Shown here: piece after piece, positions 1-8,284 of the stretch
Layout of the letters: every line of letters starts with the position of its first letter
How positions within the stretch are numbered: position 1 is the first letter of the stretch
Source of the DNA: Nanobdellota archaeon
Lineage (GTDB): Archaea; Nanobdellota; Nanobdellia; Parvarchaeales; Parvarchaeaceae
Length of the DNA stretch: 64,000 nucleotides
Direction of reading: 5' to 3'
NCBI GenBank assembly: GCA_021807085.1
Contig: JAKAPM010000001.1
Coordinates: forward strand, 13,226-77,225
Notes under the pieces: model-generated
Seen by the model: only the letters and a program-made list of their open reading frames with translations
Database searches by the model: none
What the model was told of the DNA's origin: nothing
Translations under genes and position numbers: made by a program

Positions 1-167
1 GACGATTATTTGAATGTTGTAAACGACCTACTCAGGACAAACGAGACTGAGATAATTTCATATTTGAAAATGGATCTTCATTCTTTCTCCATAAAGAGAA
101 AATCGCTCCTGGGAAAGATGCGGTCTGCGGACTGACAAAGAACGAGTCCGGCCCAAAAGAAGGCAGA

Positions 168-1934
168 TCAGTTGAAGCCCCTCTCGTTTATAACATTCAT
201 AGGGCTTCCGTCCAGATGTATCATGTCGCTGGGCAGGTATTTCCTGAAATTTGGGCTTCTGTATCTGGAATCCATTAGCAGCACGACCCCTTTGTCCATG
301 CTGGACCTTATCCCCCTGCCGGCTGCCTGCATCGTCTTTATCATGGACGGGAGGACTTGGGCGTATTCGAATCCGTTACCGAATTTCCTGTCGTAGTAGC
401 CCTGGAGAGCCTTAAGCCTGACCGACGGCGGCTCAAACGGTATTCCTACCACTGCTATCAGCCTGACGCTGTTGTTCTTGACGCCTATGCTCTCGGAAAA
501 ATTTCCGCCTATTACCGCAAAAAGCGACTTCCCCGGCGTGAGTACTTCGGACAGCATGCTGTGTTTTTTCTCCCTGGTCATGTTTGGCTCCTCCCTGATG
601 ACTTTGGACTTGTCCTTCAACATTGAGTAAACGCTGCCTATGAAAGCATACGACGGGAAGAACACTATCATGTTGTGCCTGAAGTTTTCCAAAAGGCCGT
701 CTATCCTCCCAGCTATGTTCACGTACTGGGATTCCCTGTCGCTGAATTTGGAGGTGACATCCTCTTCTGCTATGACCAGCCTGTTTCTGTCTATCACACC
801 CTCGTTAACCACCAGCCTGGTGGCATCGTCTATCCCGAGAAGTTTTGCGAACATGTCCATCGGCTGGAAAGTTCCGCTTATCAGGATCGCGGAATGGAAC
901 GAGCTTATCGCGCTGGACGAGCAGTCTGACGGGTCCAGGGATGAGATGTTTATTTTCCTGGTATCCTTATCGGTCGACAGGTAGACTATGTACGATTCAT
1001 CGGCCTTCAGGAGGTAAGATACGAAGTTTTTGAGCGTGAACGAAGCGGGGACGTTGTACCCCTTCTCGTTCGCCTCGACCAACGAATCCAGTTCTGTCAG
1101 ATCGGATTCGTCGAACGCTCCGCCCAGATTGATGGCGGTGTCGTCCTTCCCATCACGTACCGCACCTATGACGCGGTCTATCTTCCTGGCGATGGTGCCG
1201 AAGCCGGAGGCAGAAGCCTCTTTGTACGCCCTCTCGAGGGTCTTCGCAGATATCGAGAAGGAATTCATGTCTATTATCCTGTCCGGCAGGTTGTGCGCCT
1301 CGTCCACTATCAGTATAGTATTTTCGGGCTCTATGCCGGCCCTGGAAAAGAATCCCTTGGATATGCCGCTGTCGAAGACGTGAGAATAGTTGGCCACTAT
1401 CACCTTCGATTTCCTTGCGTTCAGTAGCGAAATCTCGTAGGGACAGACTTTCAGGTCCTCTGAAGCCTCGATTATGCTCTGTGGGTCGCTTATCCCCATG
1501 TTCAGCGCCTCTATAGCCGGAGGTTTTACGTCCCTGCTCTTCGAAAACGTGTTTTTGTAATAGTCGCACATCCCCTGCTCCTTCACAGCCCGGCAGAACT
1601 CGGTGAACACCGAAGCGTCTATCTTGTTGTCGAAAAGGCACATCGACCTCTTCCCGTTCACCCCTGTGAATATTGTGTTTTCTGAAGAGACCGAGTTTAT
1701 CCTCTCGAGAGTGTCGTATACTATGTTCTGGTGGGTGTGCTTAGCGGTAACGAAAAGTATCCTGCATCCGGCTTCTTCTGCGGAATTCAGCGTGGCGTGC
1801 AGGACCGCGGCGGTCTTGCCCATCCCGGTGGACGCCTGTACCATCAGCCTACCGCGCTTTTTGACGGCGTTGCTTACCGCCCCGATTATCGTATCCTGGC
1901 CGGGTCTTCGCTGCGTGAAGGGGAACTCTGTCAT
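168..1934 (-). CDS. xpd: XPD/Rad3-family SF2 DNA helicase with FeS-cluster domain
   Basis: Walker A QASTGMGKTAAVL near N-terminus, DEAH box IVDEAHNL, four spaced Cys (MCLFDN / EFCRAVKEQGMCDYY / KVCPYE) typical of the XPD 4Fe-4S domain, 588 aa. Confidence 0.8.
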   Translation of the reverse strand: MTEFPFTQRRPGQDTIIGAVSNAVKKRGRLMVQASTGMGKTAAVLHATLNSAEEAGCRILFVTAKHTHQNIVYDTLERINSVSSENTIFTGVNGKRSMCLFDNKIDASVFTEFCRAVKEQGMCDYYKNTFSKSRDVKPPAIEALNMGISDPQSIIEASEDLKVCPYEISLLNARKSKVIVANYSHVFDSGISKGFFSRAGIEPENTILIVDEAHNLPDRIIDMNSFSISAKTLERAYKEASASGFGTIARKIDRVIGAVRDGKDDTAINLGGAFDESDLTELDSLVEANEKGYNVPASFTLKNFVSYLLKADESYIVYLSTDKDTRKINISSLDPSDCSSSAISSFHSAILISGTFQPMDMFAKLLGIDDATRLVVNEGVIDRNRLVIAEEDVTSKFSDRESQYVNIAGRIDGLLENFRHNMIVFFPSYAFIGSVYSMLKDKSKVIREEPNMTREKKHSMLSEVLTPGKSLFAVIGGNFSESIGVKNNSVRLIAVVGIPFEPPSVRLKALQGYYDRKFGNGFEYAQVLPSMIKTMQAAGRGIRSSMDKGVVLLMDSRYRSPNFRKYLPSDMIHLDGSPMNVINERGFN

Positions 1935-1967
1935 AAGTCCTGGATGGGTATCAACGGCAAAAAACCG

Positions 1968-3284
1968 TCACTGTGGCTTTTCCGGAGGCGGCACGGACTT
2001 CGGTGTCTCCCCGCCGTGCCAGGTGTATCTCGGCTTTATCTGCACAGGGTATATCCTCTCGGAATTGTCGTCTAGTATTATGCATGCCCCTGGGAGTTTT
2101 GGCAGTTCCGCAAGGTATTTCTTGATGTCCGTCGCCATGTACGTCTGCATTACCGTGTTCAGGGCGTCTATGTCTAGCTTTGCGGTGACGTGCTGGGAGA
2201 TTATTATGTCGGATTGGGTTATTATGTCGGTGTCCAGCTTGCCGGGCTGCTGCGTTGCTATCACCAGCCCTATGCCGGGCTGCCTGCCCTCCTTTATCAC
2301 CCTGGACAGTGCCGCGGTTGCGGCAGTCCTGGATCCGACGGGGAGGAACTCGTGGACTTCGTCGATGAAAAGCCAGACTATCGGTATCTCTTTTTTGGCC
2401 TTTGTCCCGGCCATAGAAACGGAAGATTCCATCTCTTCCAGCTCCTCGCTCCTCCTCTCCAACGTCCTTATCTCCAGGATTTTCTGCGCCAACAACCCTA
2501 TTACCAGCGCCCTGAGATTGAACTCCCCCAACGAGTGCGAATAAAGGCTTATGTCCAGTATGTTTATCGTTGCGGGCGCCAGCAAGTCCTCTATCGGCGT
2601 GCCCTCCTTGTCGAATATACCCCACTGGTTCGCGGCGTCGAAACGCTGCTTTACCGCTTCCTTGACTATGTCGGATGCTGCTATCTCCTGCGTCAGCCTG
2701 TCGATTATATCCTTTATGTCGTATCTAGCTCCGTCTTCCACGAAAGCTTCTATCACCTTGTTTATCGTTATTCCGTACTCGTCGTTTATAGAGAAGCCGA
2801 AGATGTCGCACCAGTCGCTGGACGAAAGGTCCGATACGGATATAGAGAACGGCACGTCTGCCATGGAAGGGTTCTGCTCCTTTATCTTGTCGAAGGAACC
2901 CTTCGGTATGAACACTTTTATGTTCTTGAACCCCTTTGGTTCCTCGTTCCAGCCCTTCAGTATCTTGCTCTCCTTGTAGTTCGGGCTCTTCATGGTCCAG
3001 TAGATGCCCATTGTGTCTATTATCAGGGAAGTTATGTTCTCCGCCACCTCCGTCTCTAAAGAAGCCAGCCCTTCGGCGATCACTCCCATCGTATAGCTCT
3101 TTCCCGAGCCCCTTTTTCCGGCTATCAGGACCACGTGCGGCCTCAGCGCATCCAGCATCATGTTGTTGCCGAGGCTAACTAGGTTACCCATCGTTATATA
3201 CTGCTTGCCTATGAAAGTTGTCGCTAGGTCTCCGTAGATTTCAGTATCGCGGATGTTACGGCCTATAACGACATTATACGTCAT
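1968..3284 (-). CDS. HerA/FtsK-like P-loop ATPase (DUF87-type core, no obvious HAS domain)
   Basis: Walker A AGKRGSGKSY, Walker B LFIDEVHEF, ATQQPG motif reminiscent of HerA/FtsK ATQRP; 438 aa; 33 bp downstream of AAA gene and 33 bp upstream of xpd on the same strand. Confidence 0.6.
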   Translation of the reverse strand: MTYNVVIGRNIRDTEIYGDLATTFIGKQYITMGNLVSLGNNMMLDALRPHVVLIAGKRGSGKSYTMGVIAEGLASLETEVAENITSLIIDTMGIYWTMKSPNYKESKILKGWNEEPKGFKNIKVFIPKGSFDKIKEQNPSMADVPFSISVSDLSSSDWCDIFGFSINDEYGITINKVIEAFVEDGARYDIKDIIDRLTQEIAASDIVKEAVKQRFDAANQWGIFDKEGTPIEDLLAPATINILDISLYSHSLGEFNLRALVIGLLAQKILEIRTLERRSEELEEMESSVSMAGTKAKKEIPIVWLFIDEVHEFLPVGSRTAATAALSRVIKEGRQPGIGLVIATQQPGKLDTDIITQSDIIISQHVTAKLDIDALNTVMQTYMATDIKKYLAELPKLPGACIILDDNSERIYPVQIKPRYTWHGGETPKSVPPPEKPQ

Positions 3285-3316
3285 AGAATCTACTTCTAAT
3301 TCCTAAAATATATACA

Positions 3317-4771
3317 TTAACGGTAAAGGCTGTCCGGGTTGTTGCCGCCGGTTTTTCTTGGGCCGCCTATGGCCTTGATATAATAGTGCAAGCCTGGGAC
3401 TTTCTCGTCGGTCTTCCCTCTTGCGATGTCGAATATCAGGTATTTTGCGGCTATATCCGCCATGTAGCTTATGTCCCTTCCGGAGAAACCGTCCGTCTTT
3501 GCGGCCAGTTCGGACACCTCTGCATCGTCCAGCTGCTTGGCGTACGTCCGTATTATGGCTTTCCTGTCGTCCGCGGTGGGGAGGTTGAAGTATATCTTGG
3601 TGGCGAAACGCGACAGCAGTGCGCCGTCTATTATGTCATAGAGGTTAGCGTACAGTTTTTCGGCATCGGCGGTGTTCTCGTACAGGTTCGTGGCGCCTAT
3701 GACCAGTAAGTTGCCGTTGTTCGTGAGCAGGCCGTCGAGTTTAGTTAGCATGGTGTCTATGACCCGCGAGTCCTCCACTTCCACCGCCGAGTCGTTCCTT
3801 CGCTTGCTTATGTAATCCAGCTCGTCTATGAACAGCATGGTCTTCCCGACAGTTTTGCTGTACTCATTGACGCTGTCAAGGATGAGATCCATCCTCCTCG
3901 CAGATTCGCTGTAATATTTCGAGAATATCTTCGACAGCGGCATGTAGACGAATTTTATTTTGCTGTCGCTTGAGATGACCTTCGCCATCAGCGTCTTGCC
4001 GGTGCCGGGCGGACCGTAGAAAAGGGCCGCGTTTATCTTCTTCCCGAAATCGCCCTTTCTCGTCCTCTTTATTATGGATTCCAGTTCCGACTGGTGCAGA
4101 AACGGGAATATCACCTCCATTTCGACCTGTTCCTTTACACTCTGGTAACCGGCAACGGAGTCCATGTCGATATTGCCGCTGTATATCTCCAGTCCGAAAC
4201 CCTTCAGCTTGGTTTCTAGTGGTTCGGCGGCCCTGGTCTTTGGCGGCGTTACATCCATGATGCTGTCCAAAAGCAGCCTCCTCCATACGGATATGAACAT
4301 GTCCGCACCGTAGCGTTCCTCAACGAAACCTCTGGATAGGAAGAACGTTATGTTCGCGGCGTCCAGGTTCTTAGGTTTATTGTATTCTACCCTGAAAACC
4401 TGCGAGCCGCCGCTGGTCCCCCTCAGAACGAACGAATCGACCATCTTCTCCGCCCTAGACTCTATCGAAACGGACAGGTCTTTGTATTTCTTCCTGTACA
4501 CGTAGATGGAATCCCCCGAGACGGTCTTGAGTATGTCCGAAAAGCTTGTATTGCACAGGTCGGCATCGCAAGAAATCCCGCAGGTGGCTACCAGTTCGCT
4601 GTGGTCTGCGTTTGTGTATATTATTGGCTTCAGCAGGGAATCCAGGCTCTTCGTGCCCCTGGCTGCCCTGAGGCGGTCGTTTTCGTTTATCTCATCGTCT
4701 ATGAATCTAGATATTTCCCACCTGAATCTCTGAACGTAAGGCTGCTTCGAAGCGCTCCCTTTCTTTCCCAT
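3317..4771 (-). CDS. AAA+ ATPase (classic AAA clade) with about 240-aa N-terminal domain of unknown function
   Basis: FYGPPGTGKTLMAK Walker A, MLFIDELD Walker B, second region of homology; N-terminal 240 aa unrecognised. Confidence 0.7.
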   Translation of the reverse strand: MGKKGSASKQPYVQRFRWEISRFIDDEINENDRLRAARGTKSLDSLLKPIIYTNADHSELVATCGISCDADLCNTSFSDILKTVSGDSIYVYRKKYKDLSVSIESRAEKMVDSFVLRGTSGGSQVFRVEYNKPKNLDAANITFFLSRGFVEERYGADMFISVWRRLLLDSIMDVTPPKTRAAEPLETKLKGFGLEIYSGNIDMDSVAGYQSVKEQVEMEVIFPFLHQSELESIIKRTRKGDFGKKINAALFYGPPGTGKTLMAKVISSDSKIKFVYMPLSKIFSKYYSESARRMDLILDSVNEYSKTVGKTMLFIDELDYISKRRNDSAVEVEDSRVIDTMLTKLDGLLTNNGNLLVIGATNLYENTADAEKLYANLYDIIDGALLSRFATKIYFNLPTADDRKAIIRTYAKQLDDAEVSELAAKTDGFSGRDISYMADIAAKYLIFDIARGKTDEKVPGLHYYIKAIGGPRKTGGNNPDSLYR

Positions 4772-4806
4772 CTTTACAATATCTTTTAGAATAGAGCGAG
4801 TATAAA

Positions 4807-5172
4807 TTAGTTCTTATATTCGGGTATCTTCACTACTTTTCCCTTTACTTCCTCTTTGTTGTACCTTTTTTCCAGCGCCTCCAGCTTGCTCAGGAACGCC
4901 TTCCCTAGGTCGAAGTCCAGGTGGTCCGCCATCGCCAAACATCCGAATAAAACGTCCGCAGTCTCGTTCTTTATCTTCTTCAGCAGCTCGTTGTCTTCGC
5001 CCTTCATCAGTTTCTTATCGAGTTCCTTGCCGTCCATCCATTGGAATAATTCCAGCAATTCGTTCGCTTCCACGGAGATGTCTATCGCCAATTCCTTGGC
5101 AGTCTGGAACTGCCGCCAGTCCCTCTCATCGATGAAGTTTTTCGCCACGTTTTTAAGATCTTCTAATTCCAT
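4807..5172 (-). CDS. MazG-like all-alpha NTP pyrophosphohydrolase
   Basis: 121 aa, paired acidic motifs E(x)3E...E(x)2D (ELAIDISVEANELLE / ETADVLFGCLAMADHLD) characteristic of the MazG/HisE fold. Confidence 0.5.
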   Translation of the reverse strand: MELEDLKNVAKNFIDERDWRQFQTAKELAIDISVEANELLELFQWMDGKELDKKLMKGEDNELLKKIKNETADVLFGCLAMADHLDFDLGKAFLSKLEALEKRYNKEEVKGKVVKIPEYKN

Positions 5173-5225
5173 AGGATAGATTGAACCGACGACTATTTAA
5201 ATCTCTACATACATCCCAAAAAATG
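5170..5225. promoter_or_regulatory. Putative bidirectional archaeal promoter: palindromic TATA-like element TATTTAAAT (5194..5202) centred about 26 bp from both divergent start codons
   Basis: TATA centre about 5198; minus-strand MazG ATG at 5172..5170, plus-strand Nudix ATG at 5223..5225; spacing fits leaderless archaeal transcripts. Confidence 0.35.
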
Positions 5226-5690
5226 AATAACGATAAGGAGCTACGCAAAGTGACGCTGTGCCTTCTTGTACAGGAGAATAAGATACTGCTGGCCATGAAG
5301 AAACGCGGATTCGGAATCGGGAAATGGAACGGCGTCGGCGGGAAGGTCAAGGAAGGGGAGACCCTGGAAGAGGCTATGCTGAGAGAGACCAGCGAGGAGA
5401 TAAGCGTAGTCCCGAAAGAATACGCGAAATCCGGGGTTATAAAATTCCTATTCGAGGGAAAGCCGGAATTCGACCAGGAGATGCACGTTTTTGTGTGCAG
5501 AAAATGGGACGGCGAACCCAAAGAAAGTGAGGAGATGTCGCCGAAATGGTTCGCTTTTGACGATATACCGTTTGACAGCATGTGGGAGGATGATAGGATC
5601 TGGCTGCCCAATGTTATCTCCGGAAAGGACGTGGATGCTGTCTTCGTATTCGACGGTTCACAGAAACTAAAGGATTATCATTTGAACTGA
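5223..5690 (+). CDS. Nudix hydrolase (MutT-like)
   Basis: Nudix box GGKVKEGETLEEAMLRETSEEISV; start chosen at ATG 5223 rather than the TTG at 5181 because of TATA spacing. Confidence 0.8.
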   Translation: MNNDKELRKVTLCLLVQENKILLAMKKRGFGIGKWNGVGGKVKEGETLEEAMLRETSEEISVVPKEYAKSGVIKFLFEGKPEFDQEMHVFVCRKWDGEPKESEEMSPKWFAFDDIPFDSMWEDDRIWLPNVISGKDVDAVFVFDGSQKLKDYHLN

Positions 5691-5817
5691 ATAAAAAACA
5701 ATTAACAGAGATGACTCGTGTTTCCTTGATTTATCACCTGTATAAACCAACCTCATCCTGCTTAGACAAGAAGGAAACGACAAACCTATGGTTTGATGGG
5801 TTTACTCTAAGTTCTGT

Positions 5818-7329
5818 TTAGGCAAACGGTTGGTTATTAAATATATACAAGAAAGGAGAAACTCCATTTCCACCAGGTCCGAGACCAGGTACGAAGAACT
5901 CGTAACCGTTCCATGCAAGGCCTTGTCCTGGCACACCACCAATTTCATGCACTGGGGGCCTAATGGGGAGATATTTATTTGTACTTGGGTTGAACAAGCC
6001 TGTTGTAAATCCGCTCGGTATAGCACTGGCTATAAAGAAGTTGGCGCCGTCCCATGCCAGCCCACCATTGAACCAGTTGCTTATACTTATGTTGTATGAG
6101 GTAAATGTATTTGCAGATGGATTATACATCACCATGTTAGTGTTTAGAGGTGATGGTGTAAGAGTAGACCAGCTACAACTATACGTTAACGCACATACAT
6201 TGGATCCACTGAAATTTGCATCTAATATACCATATTGCGAACCATCGTAAGCCAGGCTTAGAAACACACTACCGTCGAATGCTGCAGGTATCGATATATT
6301 TTTAAGGCCTGCAGTTGTGCTGTACGAAAATAAGCGTGGAGAGACGCTTGTGCTACCCTTAGGCGAATAGTATCCTGTTATAAGGTATACGCCATTTTGA
6401 TAAACCGCGTCCTGTGGCGTGAAATCGGCTCCAGCAGGCAATGTAGATGTTAGGTTTGTGAACACACCATTAGAATATTGAAGCAGGGCTGTGTGATATC
6501 CAGATGAAGTGTTCGCTGGATAAGCGCCGAAAATAAGATCAGATGCGCCATTGGATGCGACTGCCATTAAGTAGTACCCATTATAAGCAGAGAGTTTTGA
6601 CGTAAGATCCGTCATTTTATTCAAAGCTACATTGTATACAGCCGCCGTGGATATGGGGGGCGAACCAGAAAAGTTGGCTGAGCTTTTACCTCCGACCATG
6701 AACATAGTAGATCCATTCCATGAAACTGAATTAATCATCGCGTATTCAGTCCAAGGGGACGGAGTAAAAGCAGTAATGTTGAAACTTGTTGGTAATAGAT
6801 TGTCTAAGCTAATGGAGCCCGTCGGAATATAATATTGAAGAATCTTATAATTATTAACCGACAGAACAGAATTAACCGAGTTCAGTTTTGAGATATTAGA
6901 GTTCAATCCCGAGATATTAGATTCTAGGCTTGATATCAAAAATTGATAATTAAAGTTGCCAGCGTCCGCTGCCTTGAGCTTGATAAGGATGTTAGACGCG
7001 TTCGTTTCCAGTGCCTGTATCTCCGCGTTGAGGTTCGCTATCGTATTTGCCTGTGTCGAAACGTTCGTAACGAACGAGCTTATCTTGACGTTGTCGTTCT
7101 GCAAGCTGCTATTTAGATTTGATATGGTGCTGTTCAATGCGCTTACCTTCCCAGTCTCCGTCGCGAGATTGTTCTGTGCCAATCCGAGCGAGCTGCCGGT
7201 TGTCAGACTGCTGAATGATAAGAAGATTACGACCGCCAAGACGGCCACGACCAATACAGTAAATATCTCCAACCTTATCCTGACGTGTTTCTTTTTCGTC
7301 GACGGATCTGTATGGATTAATTTTACCAT
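5818..7329 (-). CDS. N-terminally membrane-anchored extracellular protein, Ser/Thr/Asn-rich with many N-x-S/T sequons and a coiled-coil segment
   Basis: basic N-terminus then TM helix (IFTVLVVAVLAVVIFL), long low-complexity S/T/N region, 503 aa. Confidence 0.55.
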   Translation of the reverse strand: MVKLIHTDPSTKKKHVRIRLEIFTVLVVAVLAVVIFLSFSSLTTGSSLGLAQNNLATETGKVSALNSTISNLNSSLQNDNVKISSFVTNVSTQANTIANLNAEIQALETNASNILIKLKAADAGNFNYQFLISSLESNISGLNSNISKLNSVNSVLSVNNYKILQYYIPTGSISLDNLLPTSFNITAFTPSPWTEYAMINSVSWNGSTMFMVGGKSSANFSGSPPISTAAVYNVALNKMTDLTSKLSAYNGYYLMAVASNGASDLIFGAYPANTSSGYHTALLQYSNGVFTNLTSTLPAGADFTPQDAVYQNGVYLITGYYSPKGSTSVSPRLFSYSTTAGLKNISIPAAFDGSVFLSLAYDGSQYGILDANFSGSNVCALTYSCSWSTLTPSPLNTNMVMYNPSANTFTSYNISISNWFNGGLAWDGANFFIASAIPSGFTTGLFNPSTNKYLPIRPPVHEIGGVPGQGLAWNGYEFFVPGLGPGGNGVSPFLYIFNNQPFA

Positions 7330-7438
7330 GCATTTACTGCTGTTCCCATCATTTAAATACTTTACTATGAAAGAATAATGAATATTTTAACTTCTAAATC
7401 ACAGTGAAAATAGGATTGGTGTCATTATAACTAAGATA

Positions 7439-8194
7439 TTAACCGGCTGCAAGACTCGAACCGAATGTTATGGACACCGCAGCCGAACTGTAATGTACGT
7501 TCACGTATCCGTACACCGGCAGCCCGAGCGCTTCAGAGATGCATACGCTCCCATTGACAGTGGTTCCGGTCGATGAGAAGAAGTTCTGGTTCGAGGCTAT
7601 GGCCGTGTAGCTGCATTCTTCCCCGTCGTAAATCTGCGTATTCAGATAAGCCAAGGCGAATCCGTTTGTACTCCCGGCCCGGTAATTGTTTTCCATCATC
7701 TTCAGGTAAGGGCTGCTCAGAAACGAACTGCTGAACAATCCTGATAGCGCTGACAACAGTTCTGAGGAGAAATTGCCTGTCTGCTCCGATTTATTGTAGG
7801 CGCATGCAGTTTCGTTGCCTATGCACAGGATGAATCCGGTCCCGTTATATTCCGACATTGAGCTGTACACCGTATCCGCCTGCCCGCTGACCCTCATAGA
7901 AAGCCCGAACAGGCTGGCGTTCCTGTATACCGACAAACTGGCGGAATAAGCCGTGTATGCCAATGGGGTCGATGCGAGTTTCGCGGAGGCATGATAGGTC
8001 AGGTTGAATTCCGAATGATTCGATATCCCTGCCTGCATCAGACTTACAAGCTTATTGCTGCTGTTCACGCCGGCCAGGTTAAGTATCGGTTTGAATTCTG
8101 GGTTTGTAATGCCGACGCCTGTTAAGATTAGCAGCGCGATCACCACTGCCACAACCACGATAGCCGTCAAAACATACAATTCCTGTCTTTTCAT
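7439..8194 (-). CDS. N-terminally anchored sequon-rich extracellular protein (start trimmed to MKRQELYV to avoid tRNA overlap)
   Basis: MKRQ + TM helix LTAIVVVAVVIALLILTG, many NxS/T; the longer ORF start at 8242 would overlap tRNA-Ser. Confidence 0.5.
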   Translation of the reverse strand: MKRQELYVLTAIVVVAVVIALLILTGVGITNPEFKPILNLAGVNSSNKLVSLMQAGISNHSEFNLTYHASAKLASTPLAYTAYSASLSVYRNASLFGLSMRVSGQADTVYSSMSEYNGTGFILCIGNETACAYNKSEQTGNFSSELLSALSGLFSSSFLSSPYLKMMENNYRAGSTNGFALAYLNTQIYDGEECSYTAIASNQNFFSSTGTTVNGSVCISEALGLPVYGYVNVHYSSAAVSITFGSSLAAG

Positions 8195-8239
8195 CAAAAC
8201 GCTGGGAGCAGGATTTGAACCTGCGAATCCTTTCGGAAA
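8191..8239. repeat. 49-bp perfect direct repeat, copy 1 (3' half of tRNA-Ser plus 9 bp downstream)
   Basis: tcatcaaaacgctgggagcaggatttgaacctgcgaatcctttcggaaa identical to 9803..9851. Confidence 0.9.
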
Positions 8240-8284
8240 CACGCTCTCGAGGCGTGCGCTTTAACCAAGTTCAGCCATCCCGGC
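8200..8284 (-). tRNA. tRNA-Ser (anticodon CGA), intron-less, C3:A70 mismatch in acceptor stem
   Basis: revcomp folds as GCCGGGA/..TCCCAGC acceptor, anticodon stem CACGC/GCGTG with loop CUCGAGA, long variable arm UCCGAAAGGA, T-arm GCAGG-UUCAAAU-CCUGC. Confidence 0.7.

Noticed and set aside
1603-2544. 313-aa plus-strand ORF overlapping the xpd/HerA-like genes
   Set aside because: Lies antisense across two well-supported genes, Ser/Cys/Leu-rich with no motifs; typical shadow ORF.
5181-5222. TTG start at 5181 for the Nudix gene (track ORF 5181..5690)
   Set aside because: TATA element at 5194..5202 lies inside that extension; ATG 5223 gives canonical promoter spacing.
7439-8242. Full-length ORF start at 8242 for the surface protein
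   Set aside because: Would overlap tRNA-Ser (8200..8284); internal Met (MKRQELYV, about 8194) followed by a TM helix is the plausible start.
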